The position numbers were made by a program, and so were the translations under genes. DNA of 64,000 bases from Proteromonas lacertae (taxonomy: Eukaryota). Every line of letters starts with the position of its first letter. Within the stretch, counting starts at the first letter, position 1. This document shows positions 1-15,550 of this stretch, piece after piece. A model generated the notes under the pieces. It did not search any database and was not told the origin of the DNA. It worked only from the letters and a program-made list of their open reading frames with translations. Location: assembly GCA_002245135.1 (NCBI GenBank), contig NGBS01000013.1, forward strand, positions 1 through 64,000. The letters run 5' to 3'.

Positions 1-8
1 TATACAAG

Positions 9-587
9 ATGATAAAGTTTTTTATTATGGTCAATAAGCAAGGTCAAACACGTCTTGCACAATATTATGAATTCTTGAAGATTGAAGAAAGAACTACACT
101 AGAAGCTGAAGCTGTTAGAAGATGTTTATCAAGGCCACAGGATTATGTATATTTATAGCATTTTATTCCATTAGTGTTCTTTTTTGGAATTTAGAGGATA
201 TAAAATAGTCTATAGGCGATATGCCTCATTATTTTTTATTATTGGTTTTAATCCTGATGATCAAGAAGTATGAATTGATGTATATATAAACTTGTCGATA
301 GAAATGAAATGGCACTATACGAATTCATTCACACATATGTTGAAAGTTTAGATACATTATTTGGTAAAGTGGTATGTTTATATTATTTCTATATTTTTTT
401 CATAGACAGAATTAGATGTATAGTAGAACAATATTTATATATTTATGTAGATCATGTTAAACCTTGACAGAGCCTACATGCTTCTCGATGAAATGTAATG
501 AATGGATGTATTGTTGATACAAATAGAAAGAACTGCTTTAAACCAGTTAATCTAATGGATAAAGTGTTAGAGAAGTCTGCTAAATAA
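9..587 (+). CDS. AP4S1: AP-4 adaptor complex sigma subunit (multi-exon)
   Basis: Manual translation across short GT-AG introns gives [21 protein letters not shown]...[21 protein letters not shown]...[17 protein letters not shown]...[15 protein letters not shown](V)MNGCIVDTN. One apparent missing G near 495 is probably an assembly indel. Confidence 0.85.
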
Positions 588-765
588 AATATTAATAAAT
601 TATTATATATTCTTTTCATATTGTATTGTATATAATATATTTTATGTGTAATATTTCAAGAATTAAACAAAATCAGTTGTAAATTCAATATAAGGTATAA
701 TATATCAATGTAGTTAGATGTAACACTAACGAAACTATATGGCGATATCTTTAGAAGGCATATTA

Positions 766-3700
766 CTATAGTTTGTTGATTTTTGTTTCTTTAAACCTCT
801 CACTTCTCCAGTTTCTTCTTCTTTGAGAAGCAAAGGAATTAAAGATTTGTTCTAACGATGTTTGTGCAAAACTATATTCTTTGATTGATAATTCTTCTTT
901 CTTTCCTTCGATTAAACCAAATAATTCACCCAACTTTATATCATTCACATCAATCTTAAATCTCAAGTAATTATCATGTCTTTCTAATAATTCAATCTTA
1001 TCAAACATTCTTTTAAACTGCCATTTAATTCATCTACTCGATCTTCCAACTTCCACCAATCACTAAAGAAACTTTTACTTATTAATCCATGTTTATTCAA
1101 TTCACAAAATATTGACCAACCACTATCTACTTCATTGATTAAATCAAATCGACTTTCTTTTCCTAATTCTTTACATATATTCTCTATATCATTCTTTACT
1201 AAACTATCACCATTTACACTTTTCATCTTTTCTATTATTTCTTGCATTTCTTCTTCTTTATTATCATTCAATTTTACTTCTAACATAAATCCTTGACCAA
1301 ATTTATTCTTCAAATGTTGTAAAGATCCTAAACATCTCAATCTTCCACCTACCATTATTCCAACCAATGTACATAATGCTTCAGCTTCTTCCATTGAATG
1401 AGTTGTTAAGATTATTGTTGTATCACATCTCTTGATTGTTATATCAGCTATTATATCCCACATATGTCTTCTAGCTACTGGATCCATTCCTGTTGATGGT
1501 TCATCTAAGAATACTAATGGAGGATTTCCTATTAAAGCAATTGCTACACTCAACTTTCGTTTATTTCCTCCACTTAATGATCCAGCTGTTTTATTCACAA
1601 ATTTTCCTAAATCCATTTGATCGATCTTTTCATTTATTACATCTTCATTATATCATCTGGAACACCTTTGATTTTGGCATATAAATATAAATGTTCTTTT
1701 ACTGTCAAATACTGTAGTAAAGCATCAAATTGTGGACAATATCCCAACATCTTTCTAACTTCAATTTGATCTGTTAATATATCCAATTTGTTGATTTTCG
1801 CTGTTCCTTTCGTTTGGAATTATATCTCCACTCAACATTTCTAATGTTGTGGTTTTACCTGCTCCATTTATTCCTAAAAAACCAAAACAAGTTCCAGGAA
1901 TTAATCCAACATTCAAATTTTCAACAGCTATTTTCTTTTTATTCCATACTTTTCTTAATCCACGAATTTGAATTGTTTCTTCTTTTCCACTTTCATGTGG
2001 TTGTTTATTTATTATTCTTTCAGCTTCTTTCTTTACATCATCATCATCTACATATTCTCTCATTGGCAAATCTTTGTCTGGAAGTATTTTCTGTTTTAAC
2101 AGTGGATAAGATAATACATAATCACCAAGAATAGCCAAGAAACCATAAACCACAAACTGAATTGCCATAAACAATATATATTTTCCTATCTGATTAAATT
2201 CAAATGGGTCTCTTTCTCTTGAATATACTTCTGGGATCAACATATTTGTCATTCATTGCATCACACATATTATCAACAACTGGTAACATTCTCCAAACTC
2301 CCAATCTATACAATGCTTGACCAAAACTAAATGGTGGAAATAGAATACCAAAAATCCAACTACAATATATATAATATATAATATATACTCTACAATAATT
2401 GGAATTTTACAAGCTGATTTAACAAAGTTGATAAAGAACAATATTAACACAACAACAATCATCAGTAAATTGATGAAGAAAATAGATACTTGAGCAACTT
2501 CGTATTTCTTAAACATATAAGTTTCACAATATGTAAATGAGCAAATACTTAAATCAAAGAATAAAAATAACACTATAACAACAGTAATATGATCTGTATA
2601 TTCTTTTATGCTAAACAAAAAAAACATTATCAAAAGCTATTGCAGATCTATATAAATATAATCAAATCTTACTAAATATATACGGAATTAAGAATGTTAC
2701 AATATCCCAAATAAACGAAGATAACCAATAGGCAACAATGCTCATTCCACTAATTATTTGTTGATGTTTTACACCAAATTGCCTTTCTAAAACTAAGAAT
2801 GCACCATAATAAGCTGGAATATATGAAAGTGCCATTCCTACAATAGTTGGAGAACTATAGCCACTTACACCTTCTGCATCTTCTTTCTGACTTTTTGTAA
2901 ATGGAAGTGTTGTTCCAGATGTCCTTAATACTGCTTCAGGATCGTTAGTACATTCTCTTAATCGAGCTTCATTCAGTAAATTCAAACCAATTGAACTTCC
3001 ATGTCCACTTGAGGTATTTACAAAGATATAAGATACTATTCCATTTGATTCTAAATCAGGAACTTCTACACCAGCTAAATAACGTGTTGATTCATAAGTA
3101 AACATTGTTGATAATAAATATTCATACATTCCAAATAATGGAACTGCATAATTCGTATTGGCATTTAACTAAAAATATTACAAACATAAACTAAATAATA
3201 ATTATATACAATTGCACAATTTCTCTTCTTTTCTTCATCAGAAAGAGAATCAAATAGTATTTCATTTAAACAAGTTTCATCTGTATAATACAAAGAAGTG
3301 TCTACCGAAACAGGAACAACATCATTCTTATTCAAGTGATCAAAAACTGTACTAAAAGCTGGATTTGTTACTTTATCAAATGGAAATTGAGTTTTATATC
3401 TATCAGTTGCATTGTCAATTTTCTTGTTGTATCTGTGAGTATTCATTTCATATCTATTAGATAATAACATAAATAATATATACGTTGCTGGTTCACTTGT
3501 AATTATATTACTGACAGTTGATAATCCTATTATTAGTACGATCATTGGTACAACAATTTGAAGTATTATTGCATCTTTGTTTCCTCTCATATTCCATAAT
3601 CTCTTTTTAAGTGAAGCTTTTAAATGAGTGAAAAATAAGTTCTTTTTAACAGAATTAACTCTATCAAACTGTTTGTATTCTACTTTGATCCTCGTTTCAT

Positions 3701-6700
3701 TTGTGGGTTTTGATGTTTCTTCATCTTCAATCTTTGCTGAATTTAAAAATACTTCTTCCATCGTTGTTGCAGACATTCCATAACTATCAATTCCATATTT
3801 TTCTTTGTTATTATCTATCTCATTTAGTAATTCAGGAAATTCACTAGCTGAAGAGAATGGCAATCGAAATGAGATTTCTTTTCCAACATCTGTTAATAGC
3901 TCAGCTTTTGGAATCTTTTCTTCTAATAGTTTCATTATTTCTGCACTATTTTCCAACTCTTTCTTTACTATTGTTAAGGTATATCCTATTCCATATTCTT
4001 GTTTCAAATAGTGAGGTCTTCCACAACAGATTAATTGACCTTCATTCATTATTCCAACTCGATCTCCTAATAAATCAGCTTCATCCATGAAATGAGTTGT
4101 TAATATAATTATTCTTCCTTCTTTATTACTTTGTAATATTGACCAAGTACTTCTTCGAGAATAAGGATCCATTCCACTAGTTGGTTCATCTAAAAAGACG
4201 ATTTTGGAATTACCAATTAATGCAATTCCTACACTCAATTTTCTCTTTTGTCCACCACTTAATTCACATGATGGAGTTTTCTGTTTTTTCTGTAAGACCA
4301 ATTTCACTGAGCAGTTTATTCACAGCTGCTGGTAATTCTTTCTGTGGCATTCCCTTAATTGCTGCAAATAAATATAAATGTTCTTTCACTGTTAATTCAT
4401 CGAATAATACATCATGTTGAGGACAAATTCCCATTATCTTTCGGATTTCTTTCATTTGACTATTCATATCATAGCCATACATTGTTGCTGTACCACTTGT
4501 ACTATTAATTAATCCACTTAGAATGGATAAAGCTGTTGTTTTACCAGCACCATTATGACCTAATAACACAAAGATTTGATCTTCATACATTTGCATATTC
4601 AAATGATTAACTGCTACTTTCTTTCCATCACGAGTTTTAAATACTTTATACAAACCATTAACATCAATGCATTTACCTTCCTTATGTAATTCCCTTAACC
4701 TTGGTTCTAATTCTTCAAAGTGTTTTTTTCTTACACCATTTTGATCTAAATTTCCATCATCTTCCAATTCACTATTATCCGCTATTTTATTCAAATGATT
4801 ATCACCATTTCCAGTCCAATAAGAAATGGAGAAACAGAAGTTCCATCTGTAATGATTACCATAATCTTTTGGAATTACTTTATCTAAATACCAACCAATG
4901 AGTGAATAAACTATTGAATCAATAAATAGCATTAGCAATGCAGTTGAATATTGAGTTTGTTCAACATTATCATTTATTGTTGAGAAACTAATTCCAACTG
5001 CATTAGCTTCAAGTGTTGATAATATATTCATACCATTACTAAATGCAAAAGGAAAGAAGATGGATAAACCTAATTTAGCGGATGAAGTCAGATTTCCAGC
5101 AGCTGCAGCTATTTAATATAATATTAATAATAAAAACATACTTGCAACACATATAGCAAACATTAGATAAAATACCATTGTACCAACAGCGCTTGCATAT
5201 TTTACAGAGTTGAAAAAAGTAGTGATAATATAACCATAACTGATTAAAGCAATACCATAAAGCCAAAATAACAGAAATACTAAGAAGAAGTTTGAGTGAG
5301 GTGCTATAATAATACTATATACATAATAATAATAGATGAACATTATACAATATTAATGTTATAATAATAGCAACTACCAATGTTTCAATATAATAAAACA
5401 ATTGCCAAGAAACCATCATTGCAGTTTCATCTAATCCCATTACATACAACCCTTCTCTTATTCTCTTCTCTTTTTCAATCACAACATTGTTGATAAACCA
5501 CACTAGTATAAAAATAAACGAAATAACAAATATTGATCCTATGTAAGGAGCAATAGTGGCAAAGAAACCATTTAACTCATGGCCATACTCAGGAAATGAA
5601 GTGATTCTTGTGATTTGAGGATCATAGTTATATTCTTTCATAAAATTATTTATTTCATCCATTAGTACATTATGATGAGTTCTATTTAAAGCTAAAACTG
5701 TATTGTACAATAATTCGCCCTAATTAAGTATATACAAAACATATATAATATTATTATACTCTTTCTTTCTTTACTAGATAAGCTTTTGAAGAAAACTTTG
5801 TAAATAATTCATTATCACTCAATTTATTATTCGCTGCTGCTTCTTTATTGATGATCATTTTATCAATTGAATTTTGAAGTGTTAAAAATGATTGAGTTTT
5901 ATCAAAATAACACTTTTTCTTTAATTTGTCTACCTCTGAATCTGAATATCCAAAAGGAGAATAATCCATTGATATAAATTTATTAATCTCACTCCATGTT
6001 GTTTCGCTTCTATATTCATTCAATACACTATTCAAAAACATATTATATAGGACATAATATTATACTCCATTTCATTCATAAAACTAGGAGAATCATCACT
6101 CATATTGTAACGTAGTAAATAATCATAATTATTCTCTTTAAATGAATTAATATTTATTGCTAAGTATATTCTATCATGGTGAGTGTAATCTTCATCTTTG
6201 ATATAGTTTCTTAATTCATTTTCACTTGAAAATTTAATTGTAATTTCTGATAGTTTTGGCACTTTCAATAACTCGATTGAATCTTTTAGACTATTCTTTT
6301 CATCATCACTCAATACACTTGTATTGAAATTAAAACCTATTTACAATAAATGTCAATATAATATATATATACCAGGATAAAAACCATCCATTTTATTCAG
6401 AAAATTGTTCACATCATTTTCATTACCAACAACTGCTATATGCATACCCATATCCTTGATATGAGCAAACATATCTCCTAAAGGGTAAATCTCTTTAGCG
6501 TTTAATACAAAACTATGGCTCATTATAAAAAAATTACAAATACGTTTGAGTCTTATAAACAACTGGATCAACTGAATAATAAATTGGAATAAGAATAATT
6601 CCGATAAGCACTGGAATACACTATTATAGGTAATTAAATCATAAACGTAATACAAACTCAATAATCAGCTTTGGAAGATGTCTTATCTTTATGATCCATA

Positions 6701-6737
6701 TCTTTTTAAGCATTAGCCATAAATGAATCCAAAACAT
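766..6737 (-). CDS. ABCA-subfamily full-size ABC transporter, copy 1 (multi-exon; several 1-bp frameshifts, so either sequencing errors or a recent pseudogene)
   Basis: Two NBDs ([25 protein letters not shown] and [25 protein letters not shown]) plus TM segments. N-terminus [12 protein letters not shown]. Colinear with the + strand copy. Confidence 0.85.
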
Positions 6738-7329
6738 TAGGCACAACACTAGAATATAAAAGATGATTTATAAATGCTTTTAGGAATTTGTAAAGTAAGT
6801 GTTATAGCGTGAAGAAAATATTGTAAAAAAACTGTTATCTCACAATCTGTATATAAAGTGTCTAGACAATTTTATAAAAATAACTTAACAACAGTTTCTA
6901 TCTTTTGGATTTTTCACACACTGTAAAAACACTTATCAACATCTTAGAAATATGCAATTATCAATTTATTAACTTTATAACCCCATAGTATCTTGGGTAT
7001 AACATCATTTTATTTATAATTACTTAATCCCACTACATATTAAGTGAATAATTTCTAAACTACAACCTGACTTGTTGATAAAGCATATAGATTTTTCTAA
7101 GGGCTTGATTACTGTAATTTCAAGATTAAAATAAAGTGCTTCTAACGATCTTGTAACATTGTCAATATCATCATTGTTCTTTTAATAGTATATTTTCCAT
7201 AGCCTGCTTATCATTTAATTAAATACATGGTAGCAAGTGTATTAGGTGTATTATTACTGTATTTCAAATAGTCCTACTGAGGCTTAAAGAAACCGACATT
7301 TGTAGATTAGAAAATCGCAAAATTTCACT

Positions 7330-10300
7330 ATGTTCAAAGGTATTAATTTTATTATTATTGTATAAAAGATTTCTGTGAGTCATTCTGGCTTGATCTGTGG
7401 TTGATGATCAAGAAAACTTGTGTTCTTAAGATGAGACATCCTGTTAGAACCTTTTTTGAAATTGTATTACCATCTATTCCATTTGTCTAGGGTCTACCAA
7501 TTCTTATGACTATCGGGTTCTTGCCAATATGGCTGGTTGTTGATCCATATTACTACCAAAAGGAGACGTATATATTTTATTGCTATATACAATAGCTTTG
7601 TAAGTAATGCAAGGGAAATTTACCCATTAGGAGACATGTTTGCTCATATTAAAGAAATGGGTATGCACGTTGCTGTTGTTGGTAAGCAAAGTGATGTAAC
7701 TAGTTTTATAGACAAGATGGATAATTTTTATCCAGGTATTATTTCATTAATATTAATGTTTGTTAAATAGGCTTTAATTTCGATGAAAGTATATTATCTC
7801 AGGATGAAAAAAATCAGTTCAACGGAACGATCGAGTTATTGAAAGTGCCAAAACTATCAGATGTCGTTCTAAAGTTTTACAGTGAAGATGATTTAAAAAG
7901 ATATGTTGAAGATGAAGATTATACACGTCATGATAGAATATACTTAGCAATAAACCTCAATTCATTCTCAGATAACAATTATGATTATTTATTACGTTAT
8001 AATATGAGTGATGATTCACCCAATTTCCAAAATCACAACAAAATACTCAATGGTTGGGGAAGAGAAATTATTTTTGATGATATTGACAAGTTCATTACAA
8101 TGAAATACACTCCAGATGCTGTTTCTACTAAAGAAAAAAATGAAATAAAAATGAGAGCTAGTTTCTCAGATACTCAATCGTTTTTAACACTTCAAAATTC
8201 AATTGATAAAATGATCATTAATCACAAAGCAGCAAATGAATTGAGTGATAATGAATTATTTGTAAAATTCTATTCAAAATCATATCTTGTTAAGAAAAAT
8301 AGAGTATAATATATTTATCTTTAAATTTATTTAGTATGATATGTTATATCAAACAATATTAGCTTTAAACAACACCCATCCAACTGAATTAATGAATGAA
8401 ATAAAGAAATTTACTCAAGAATATAACTATGATCCTCAAATCACCAGAATCACAACCTTCCCACAATTTCCATATTATTTAAGTACTTATTTCTTAAGAT
8501 TAGGTATGTTCTTTGGATTATGTTACAATTTGGTTTATATATTTACATTTTCATGGTTAATTTATGGTGTTGCTAGTGAAAAAGAGAAGAAAATTAGAGA
8601 AGGAATGTTTATAATGGGTTTAAACGAATCTGCATTATTCTGGTCTTGGATTATTGTTTATTATATTGAAACTATTTTTATGGCTTTAGTAATAATGGCA
8701 TTATAGTATATATAATGTAATATATTAATATTGTATAAATAGTTCAATTCTAATAAAATTCTCCAATTTATTCTTTTTATTCGTCGTTGTAGCGCTGTAT
8801 GGAATGGCTGGTACTAGTTTCTGTTATATGGTTTCTACATTATTCAGTCGTGCAAAGACTGCTACAATTATTGGTGTTGTCTTACTTATATTATGTTTAT
8901 TCCCTTCATTCTTCAGTATTTTTTTAATTATTTATTTATATTTTTTTAATAGCATCTGATTCTGAAATGACTAGAAGTACAAAAATGGGTTTATCCGTCT
9001 TATATCCTGTTGCATTAGATCTTGGAATGAATGTTTATGCACAATTAGAAGCAGATGGTATTGGTTTGACTGTTTCTACTCTTACAAAAGATTATAATAA
9101 CATATCATATGCTGATTGTATATTCATGTTGATTATTGATATAATTATATATTTAATACTTGCTTGGTATTTTGAAAAAGTTATGCCAAAGGAATATGGT
9201 ACAAATTACAAATGGTATTTCTTATTTACTAAATCCTATTGGTTTGGAAATGATCATTTGAATAAAATAGCTGATAGTAATGATGTAAGAGAAGTTGATA
9301 TTCCAACAAATGAAGATGAAAGTGGAAATAAAAGAAAACACTTTGAAGAATTAGAACCAAGATTAAAGAAACTTTACAGTGAGAATAAATGTATTGATGT
9401 TAAGAATTTATTCAGAACTTTTCATACACCAGATGGTATAAAAGTAGCAGTTAATCATTTGAATATGCAAATGTATGAAGATCAAATCTTTGTGTTATTA
9501 GGTCATAATGGTGCTGGTAAAACAACCACTTTATCCATTCTAAGTGGATTAATTAATAGTACAAGTGGTACAGCAACAATGTATGGCTATGATATGAATA
9601 GTCAAATGAAAGAAATCCGAAAGATAATGGGAATTTGTCCTCAACATGATGTATTATTCGATGAATTAACAGTGAAAGAACATTTATATATGTATGCTGC
9701 AATGAAAAGAATGAAGAAAGAAGATATTCCTGCTGCAGTGGAGAAGATTATTACTGAAATTGGATTGAGGGAAAAAGTGAACTATCCTTCTTGTAATTTA
9801 AGTGGTGGACAAAAGAGAAAATTGAGTGTAGGAATTGCATTAATTGGTAATTCCAAAATCGTCTTTTTAGATGAACCAACTAGTGGAATGGATCCTTATT
9901 CTCGAAGAAGTACTTGGTCAATATTACAAAGTAATAAAGAAGGAAGAATAATTATATTAACAACTCATTTCATGGATGAAGCTGATTTATTAGGAGATCG
10001 AGTTGGAATAATGAATGAAGGTCAATTAATCTGTTGTGGAAGACCTCACTATTTGAAACAAGAATATGGAATAGGATATACCTTAACAATAGTAAAGAAA
10101 GAGTTGGAAAATAGTGCAGAAATAATGAAACTATTAGAAGAAAAGATTCCAAAAGCTGAGCTATTAACAGATGTTGGAAAAGAAATCTCATTTCGATTGC
10201 CATTCTCTTCAGCTAGTGAATTTCCTGAATTACTAAATGAGATAGATAATAACAAAGAAAAATATGGAATTGATAGTTATGGAATGTCTGCAACAACGAT

Positions 10301-13300
10301 GGAAGAAGTATTTTTAAATTCAGCAAAGATTGAAGATGCATTAGTTGCTCAAGAAGTAATAAAAGATAGAGAATCAAGGACATCAAGAGTAGAAGTGCAA
10401 AAAGAATATCGTCAATATAATAGAGCTAGTGCTGAGAAAAAGAATATGTTTATGATTCATTTTGGAGCATTATTAAAGAAGAGAATTTTATATATTAAAA
10501 GAGATGTGAAAGGTATTTTGTTTCAAGTTATTGTTCCTGTTGTTGTGATGGCAATTGGATTGTTGTTGATGGGAATTGATTTTATTACACAACCACCAAT
10601 GTATATCTATTATTATTATATTATTTATATTATTTTTTATAGTTATGCAATGAATACCCATGATTATAACAAGAAGATTGAAAATGCAACTGATAGATAT
10701 AAAACTCAATTTCCATTTGATAAAGTAACAAATCCAGCTTTTAGTACAGTTTTTGATCACTTGAATAAGAATGATGTTGTTCCTGTTTCGGTAGACACTT
10801 CTTTGTATTATACAGATGAAACTTGTATGCATGAGAATGCTTTTAAAACATTGACTGATGAAGAAAAGAAGAGAAATTGTGCAATTGTATATAATTATTA
10901 TTTAGTTTATGTTTGTAATATTTTTAGTTAAATGCCAATACGAATTATGCAGTTCCATTATTTGGAATGTATGAATATCTTTTATCAACAATGTCCACAT
11001 ATGAATCAACACGTTATTTAGCTGGTGTAGAAGTTCCTGATTTAGAATCAAATGGAATAGTATCTTATATCTTTGTAAATACCTCAAGTGGACATGGAAG
11101 TTCAATTGGTTTGAATTTACTGAATGAAGCTCGATTAAAAGAATATAGTAAAAATTCTAATGCAGTGTTAAAGACATCTGGATCTGTATTGCCATTTACA
11201 TCCAATCAACTCAAAACAGCAGAAGGAATTAAGGGATTAAGTTCACCAATGATTATGTTATTAGCACTTGCATTTATTCCAGCTTATTATGTCTCATTTT
11301 TAGTGAAAGAAAAAGAAGTTGGAGTGAAACATCAACAACTGATTAGTGGTGTTAGTTTATCAGCTTATTGGACTTCTACATTCGTGTGGGATATAGTTTC
11401 TTATATTATACCGTATATATATTACAATTAATTTATATTTAGATGTGTATTTGGTATTGTATTTATGTATATATTCAATCTTAAAGCATTTAAAGATCAA
11501 ATTGGTGCTGTGATTGTAGTTTTTATTCTTTATGGATTAGCTATAGCTCCTGCTACCTATTTTGTATCATATTTCTTTAAGAATCATTCAACAGCTCAGA
11601 ATATTGTTTTATTCGCTAATATATTCATGGCAATCTTCATGACTATCGATTTCTTATTAAGTATGTTAGATTCTGCTTGTAGAGCTGGTGAAGTAATAGA
11701 GTATATTATATATATAATATTCAATATTTATAATGCTTAGATGGTTCTTTATGCTATTTCCAGGTTTCAATTTTGGTATGACGATGATGAGAATTGGAAT
11801 GTTTGAGCAATTGCCAATGATGAATTCAATGTGTGATATGTATCATGATATTCCAGTAGATACTTCAAAATTTAATGCAGATCATAATGCATTTGAATTT
11901 GATATGATTGGAAAGTTTATTCTATTCTTGGGATTAGAAGTTATTGTTTATGGTTTCTTGGCTATTCTTGGTGATTATGTATTATCTTATCCACTGTTAA
12001 AACAGAAAATACTTCCAGACAAAGATTTGCCAATGAGAGAATATGTAGATGATGATGATGTAAAGAAAGAAGCTGAAAGAATAATAAATAAGCAACCACA
12101 TGAAAGTGGAAAAGAAGAAACAATTCAAATTCGTGGATTAAGAAAAGTATGGAATAAAAAGAAAATAGCTGTTGAGAATTTGAATGTTGGATTAATTCCT
12201 GGAACTTGTTTTGGTTTTTTAGGAATAAATGGAGCAGGTAAAACCACAACATTAGAAATGTTAAGTGGAGATATAATTCCAACGAAAGGAACAGCGAAAA
12301 TCAACAAATTGGATATATTAACAGATCAAATTGAAGTTAGAAGATTATTAGGATATTGTCCACAATTTGATGCTTTATTAGATTTACTAACAGTAAAAGA
12401 ACATTTATATTTATATGCCAAAATCAAAGGTGTTCCAGATGATATAATTGAAGATGTAATAAATGAAAAGATCGATCAAATGGATTTAGGAAAATTTGTG
12501 AATAAAACAGCTGGATCATTAAGTGGAGGAAATAAACGAAAGTTGAGTGTAGCAATTGCCTTAATAGGAAATCCTCCATTAGTATTCTTAGATGAACCAT
12601 CAACAGGAATGGATCCAGTAGCTAGAAGACATATGTGGGATATAATAGCTGATATAACAATCAAGAGATGTGATACAACAATAATCTTAACAACTCATTC
12701 AATGGAAGAAGCTGAAGCATTATGTACATTGGTTGGAATAATGGTAGGTGGAAGATTGAGATGTTTAGGATCTTTACAACATTTGAAGAATAAATTTGGT
12801 CAAGGATTTATGTTAGAAGTAAAATTGAATGATAATAAAGAAGAAGAAATGCAAGAAATAATAGAAAAGATGAAAAGTGTAAATGGTGATAGTTTAGTAA
12901 AGAATGATATAGAGAATATATGTAAAGAATTAGGAAAAGAAAGTCGATTTGATTTAATCAATGAAGTAGATAGTGGTTGGTCAATATTTTGTGAATTGAA
13001 TAAACATGGATTAATAAGTAAAAGTTTCTTTAGTGATTGGTGGAAGTTGGAAGATCGAGTAGATGAATTAAATGGCAGTTTAAAAGAAATGTTTGATAAG
13101 ATTGAATTATTAGAAAGACATGATAATTACTTGAGATTTAAGATTGATGTGAATGATATAAAGTTGGGTGAATTATTTGGTTTAATCGAAGGAAAGAAAG
13201 AAGAATTATCAATCAAAGAATATAGTTTTGCACAAACATCGTTAGAACAAATCTTTAATTCCTTTGCTTCTCAACAAGAAGAAGAAACTGGAGAAGTGAG

Positions 13301-13394
13301 AGGTTTAAAGAAACAAAAATCAACAAAAGTAGAAGATAATAGTAAAAGAGTGTCTAGAAACTCAATTTTGGCTTTTGAAGTTGAACAAATATAA
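7330..13394 (+). CDS. ABCA-subfamily full-size ABC transporter, copy 2 (multi-exon)
   Basis: ORFs 7839-8309, 8341-8706, 8967-10931, 10967-11431, 11465-11740 and 11733-13394 are joined by ~30-nt introns. Two NBDs with Walker A/signature/Walker B, and EKEKKIREGM and EKEVGVKHQQLISG ABCA motifs. Confidence 0.92.
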
Positions 13395-13471
13395 TGAAAC
13401 GCATATATTATTATAATCTTAACATATTAATTACAGTAATTTTCTTTATATATCACACAATATTGCAAAGA

Positions 13472-13939
13472 TCAATAATCACTCTTTTCTCTTTTATGCT
13501 TCTTACGGAGATAAACATATTTCTTCTTTAATACACAATATGAGCAAATATCCAATCCTTTTCTAAATCTTTGTAAAGATTTATTACAATTGCATCTGTA
13601 ACACTTTTTACTTAATTCAGATTGATTATGTCTTTCCCAATCCCTAAGTTTGTATATATTATCTACATAAACAGAACAATTCAAACAAATATATATATTT
13701 CCTTGAATATCAAGTTTTCCTTTCTCACAATATAGAAATACTGCATTCTTGTCATAATATTGAAAACATCCATAGCAAGTAACAATTTCTCCATATAATC
13801 GCATTAATCTAATGCTATGTGATATTATAATCCTTCTTTCTGGTATAATAGTCATTGATTTACCTACTTCATCCTCAGTTCGGTTGTTTATTTCCGAATT
13901 ATTGTTCCAAACATTTATATTTTGATCCATATTTTTCAT
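13472..13939 (-). CDS. Hypothetical Cys-rich protein (CxxC pairs), likely related to the family at 27.3-31.8 kb
   Basis: 155-aa ORF with CYGC, CLNC, CYRCNCNKSLQRF, CSYC and a basic tail. Confidence 0.55.
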   Translation of the reverse strand: MKNMDQNINVWNNNSEINNRTEDEVGKSMTIIPERRIIISHSIRLMRLYGEIVTCYGCFQYYDKNAVFLYCEKGKLDIQGNIYICLNCSVYVDNIYKLRDWERHNQSELSKKCYRCNCNKSLQRFRKGLDICSYCVLKKKYVYLRKKHKREKSDY

Positions 13940-14187
13940 ACAATTGGTAAATAAAATAATTTATTAATAGCTTCGGTAAATTGAAATTATTTAAAGTTTA
14001 GCAAAATAAATTCGTTTTATATCCGTTTCTTTATCAACATTTTAACATTAAGATGTAGTGCATATGTATTCAATTTACTAATTAATTACTTTTTATCGAA
14101 TAAAAATATATTACATCTAACCATATTGTCTAGATATATTATTTTTTTTCATTTCTTTTATTATATCTTCAGCTAACAATGAAACTC

Positions 14188-15446
14188 GGGGACTTTTTTT
14201 TTTAGCCTAGGTTCAAATTTTGAGCCTTACTTTTTTTTAGCTAGTCCGATAGTTTCTAAACTTCGATATTAAACTTAATTAGGTCAAAAACATATAACTA
14301 ATCTATTCTAAAAAAATTGAATCTTTCTTATTTCTAATTGAAAACATAATTAATCTCTATTTTTGCATTTCGCTTTTATGTGCATAAATCAGTTATGCAT
14401 TATCACTGCACTTAGGATCTCCAGTTTATTTTGTTATTAAGCTGATAATGGATGAGAAAAAAGCAAAATAAATTTCTTAACACAAGCTTTTGATTTGACA
14501 AACTATCTTGATTTTTATTTTTTGAGCCTACGCATTGTATATGCACTATATACTTATCTAATAGGTTCTGTTATAAATTGTGAATTAACGGCTGATAATA
14601 TATGGAGTTATGAAGTGAAATATGATAAAAATGACCTAAAATGTCTAAATCGAGACGAATTCGTATTATCATATATAGTTATGTTTGTGCATCACAGGAT
14701 TCAATGTTATATTTAGCAAAATATGATTTAATACTTGAATATTTGAAACAATTTCGTCTGGTTGGCTCTATAACTCTTTGTAGTTTATTCTGTAGTTACT
14801 ATACTCAATATATTTAGAAAATAATAATATTTAGATAGTAAGAGTAACATTAGTTGAAATCGATATAATCACAGGTATATTAACAAAATAAGTTCGATGC
14901 TGCCGAATATCATATTAATTCTATTACTGTTTAACATTATTCAATTCAAAAATAGTATCAAATACAGAAAATTATGACAAACAGTTTGAAATCGGAGAAT
15001 ATAAAAGAATACTATTTTCTTTTCTTATGTTGTCACTTATTTCAATGTATTATTAAATAGGAAATCGGACTATATAAAGGTATAATATAATTAATTGTAA
15101 AGTTTCAACATATATGTCAAGAATATTACAAATACTATAAGTAGTTCGCTCAAGATGTTATTTCCTAATACACTATGCTGCAATGGGACAAGCATAAAAA
15201 TAATATTCGTTGATAATAAAACTAAATTAATTTTACACAGAAATCTATCATTCGAAAAGGAAGAACTACAAATAAGAATTATAGAAAGTAGATTTTTCTT
15301 GTTGAATATTAAATAATTTATTTATTATTTATGTTGTTATTATTATAGTTAAAATAACACATGCTACAAATATTTATGAATGGGATAGAATGAAAAATGA
15401 AATGAACAATATTTTCGCTTGTATTTAGTAGCTAAAAATTTTTATA
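14188..15446 (+). repeat. Left TIR (~1259 bp)
   Basis: Reverse complement of 17626-18883. The same 73-aa spurious ORF appears at 14495(+) and 18356(-). Confidence 0.95.
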
Positions 15447-15550
15447 TCTTATTTTTTTTATCAATCAATAATTAAAGTAATTGTCAGCATAAATAAATAA
15501 ATAATAAACACAAAATATAAATAATATATATAATTAAGTAATTAAAAGAA

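Noticed and set aside
490..500. Premature stop in AP4S1 as pseudogenisation
   Set aside because: Restoring one G in ATG-GTA recovers the conserved C-terminus. A sequencing indel is more likely, though unverified.
1432..12664. Numerous short antisense ORFs over the ABCA genes
   Set aside because: Shadow frames of the real coding strand.
14495..14716. 73-aa ORF duplicated at 18356-18577
   Set aside because: It lies within the TIRs, starts at TTG and has no recognisable motif; it is a by-product of the inverted repeat.
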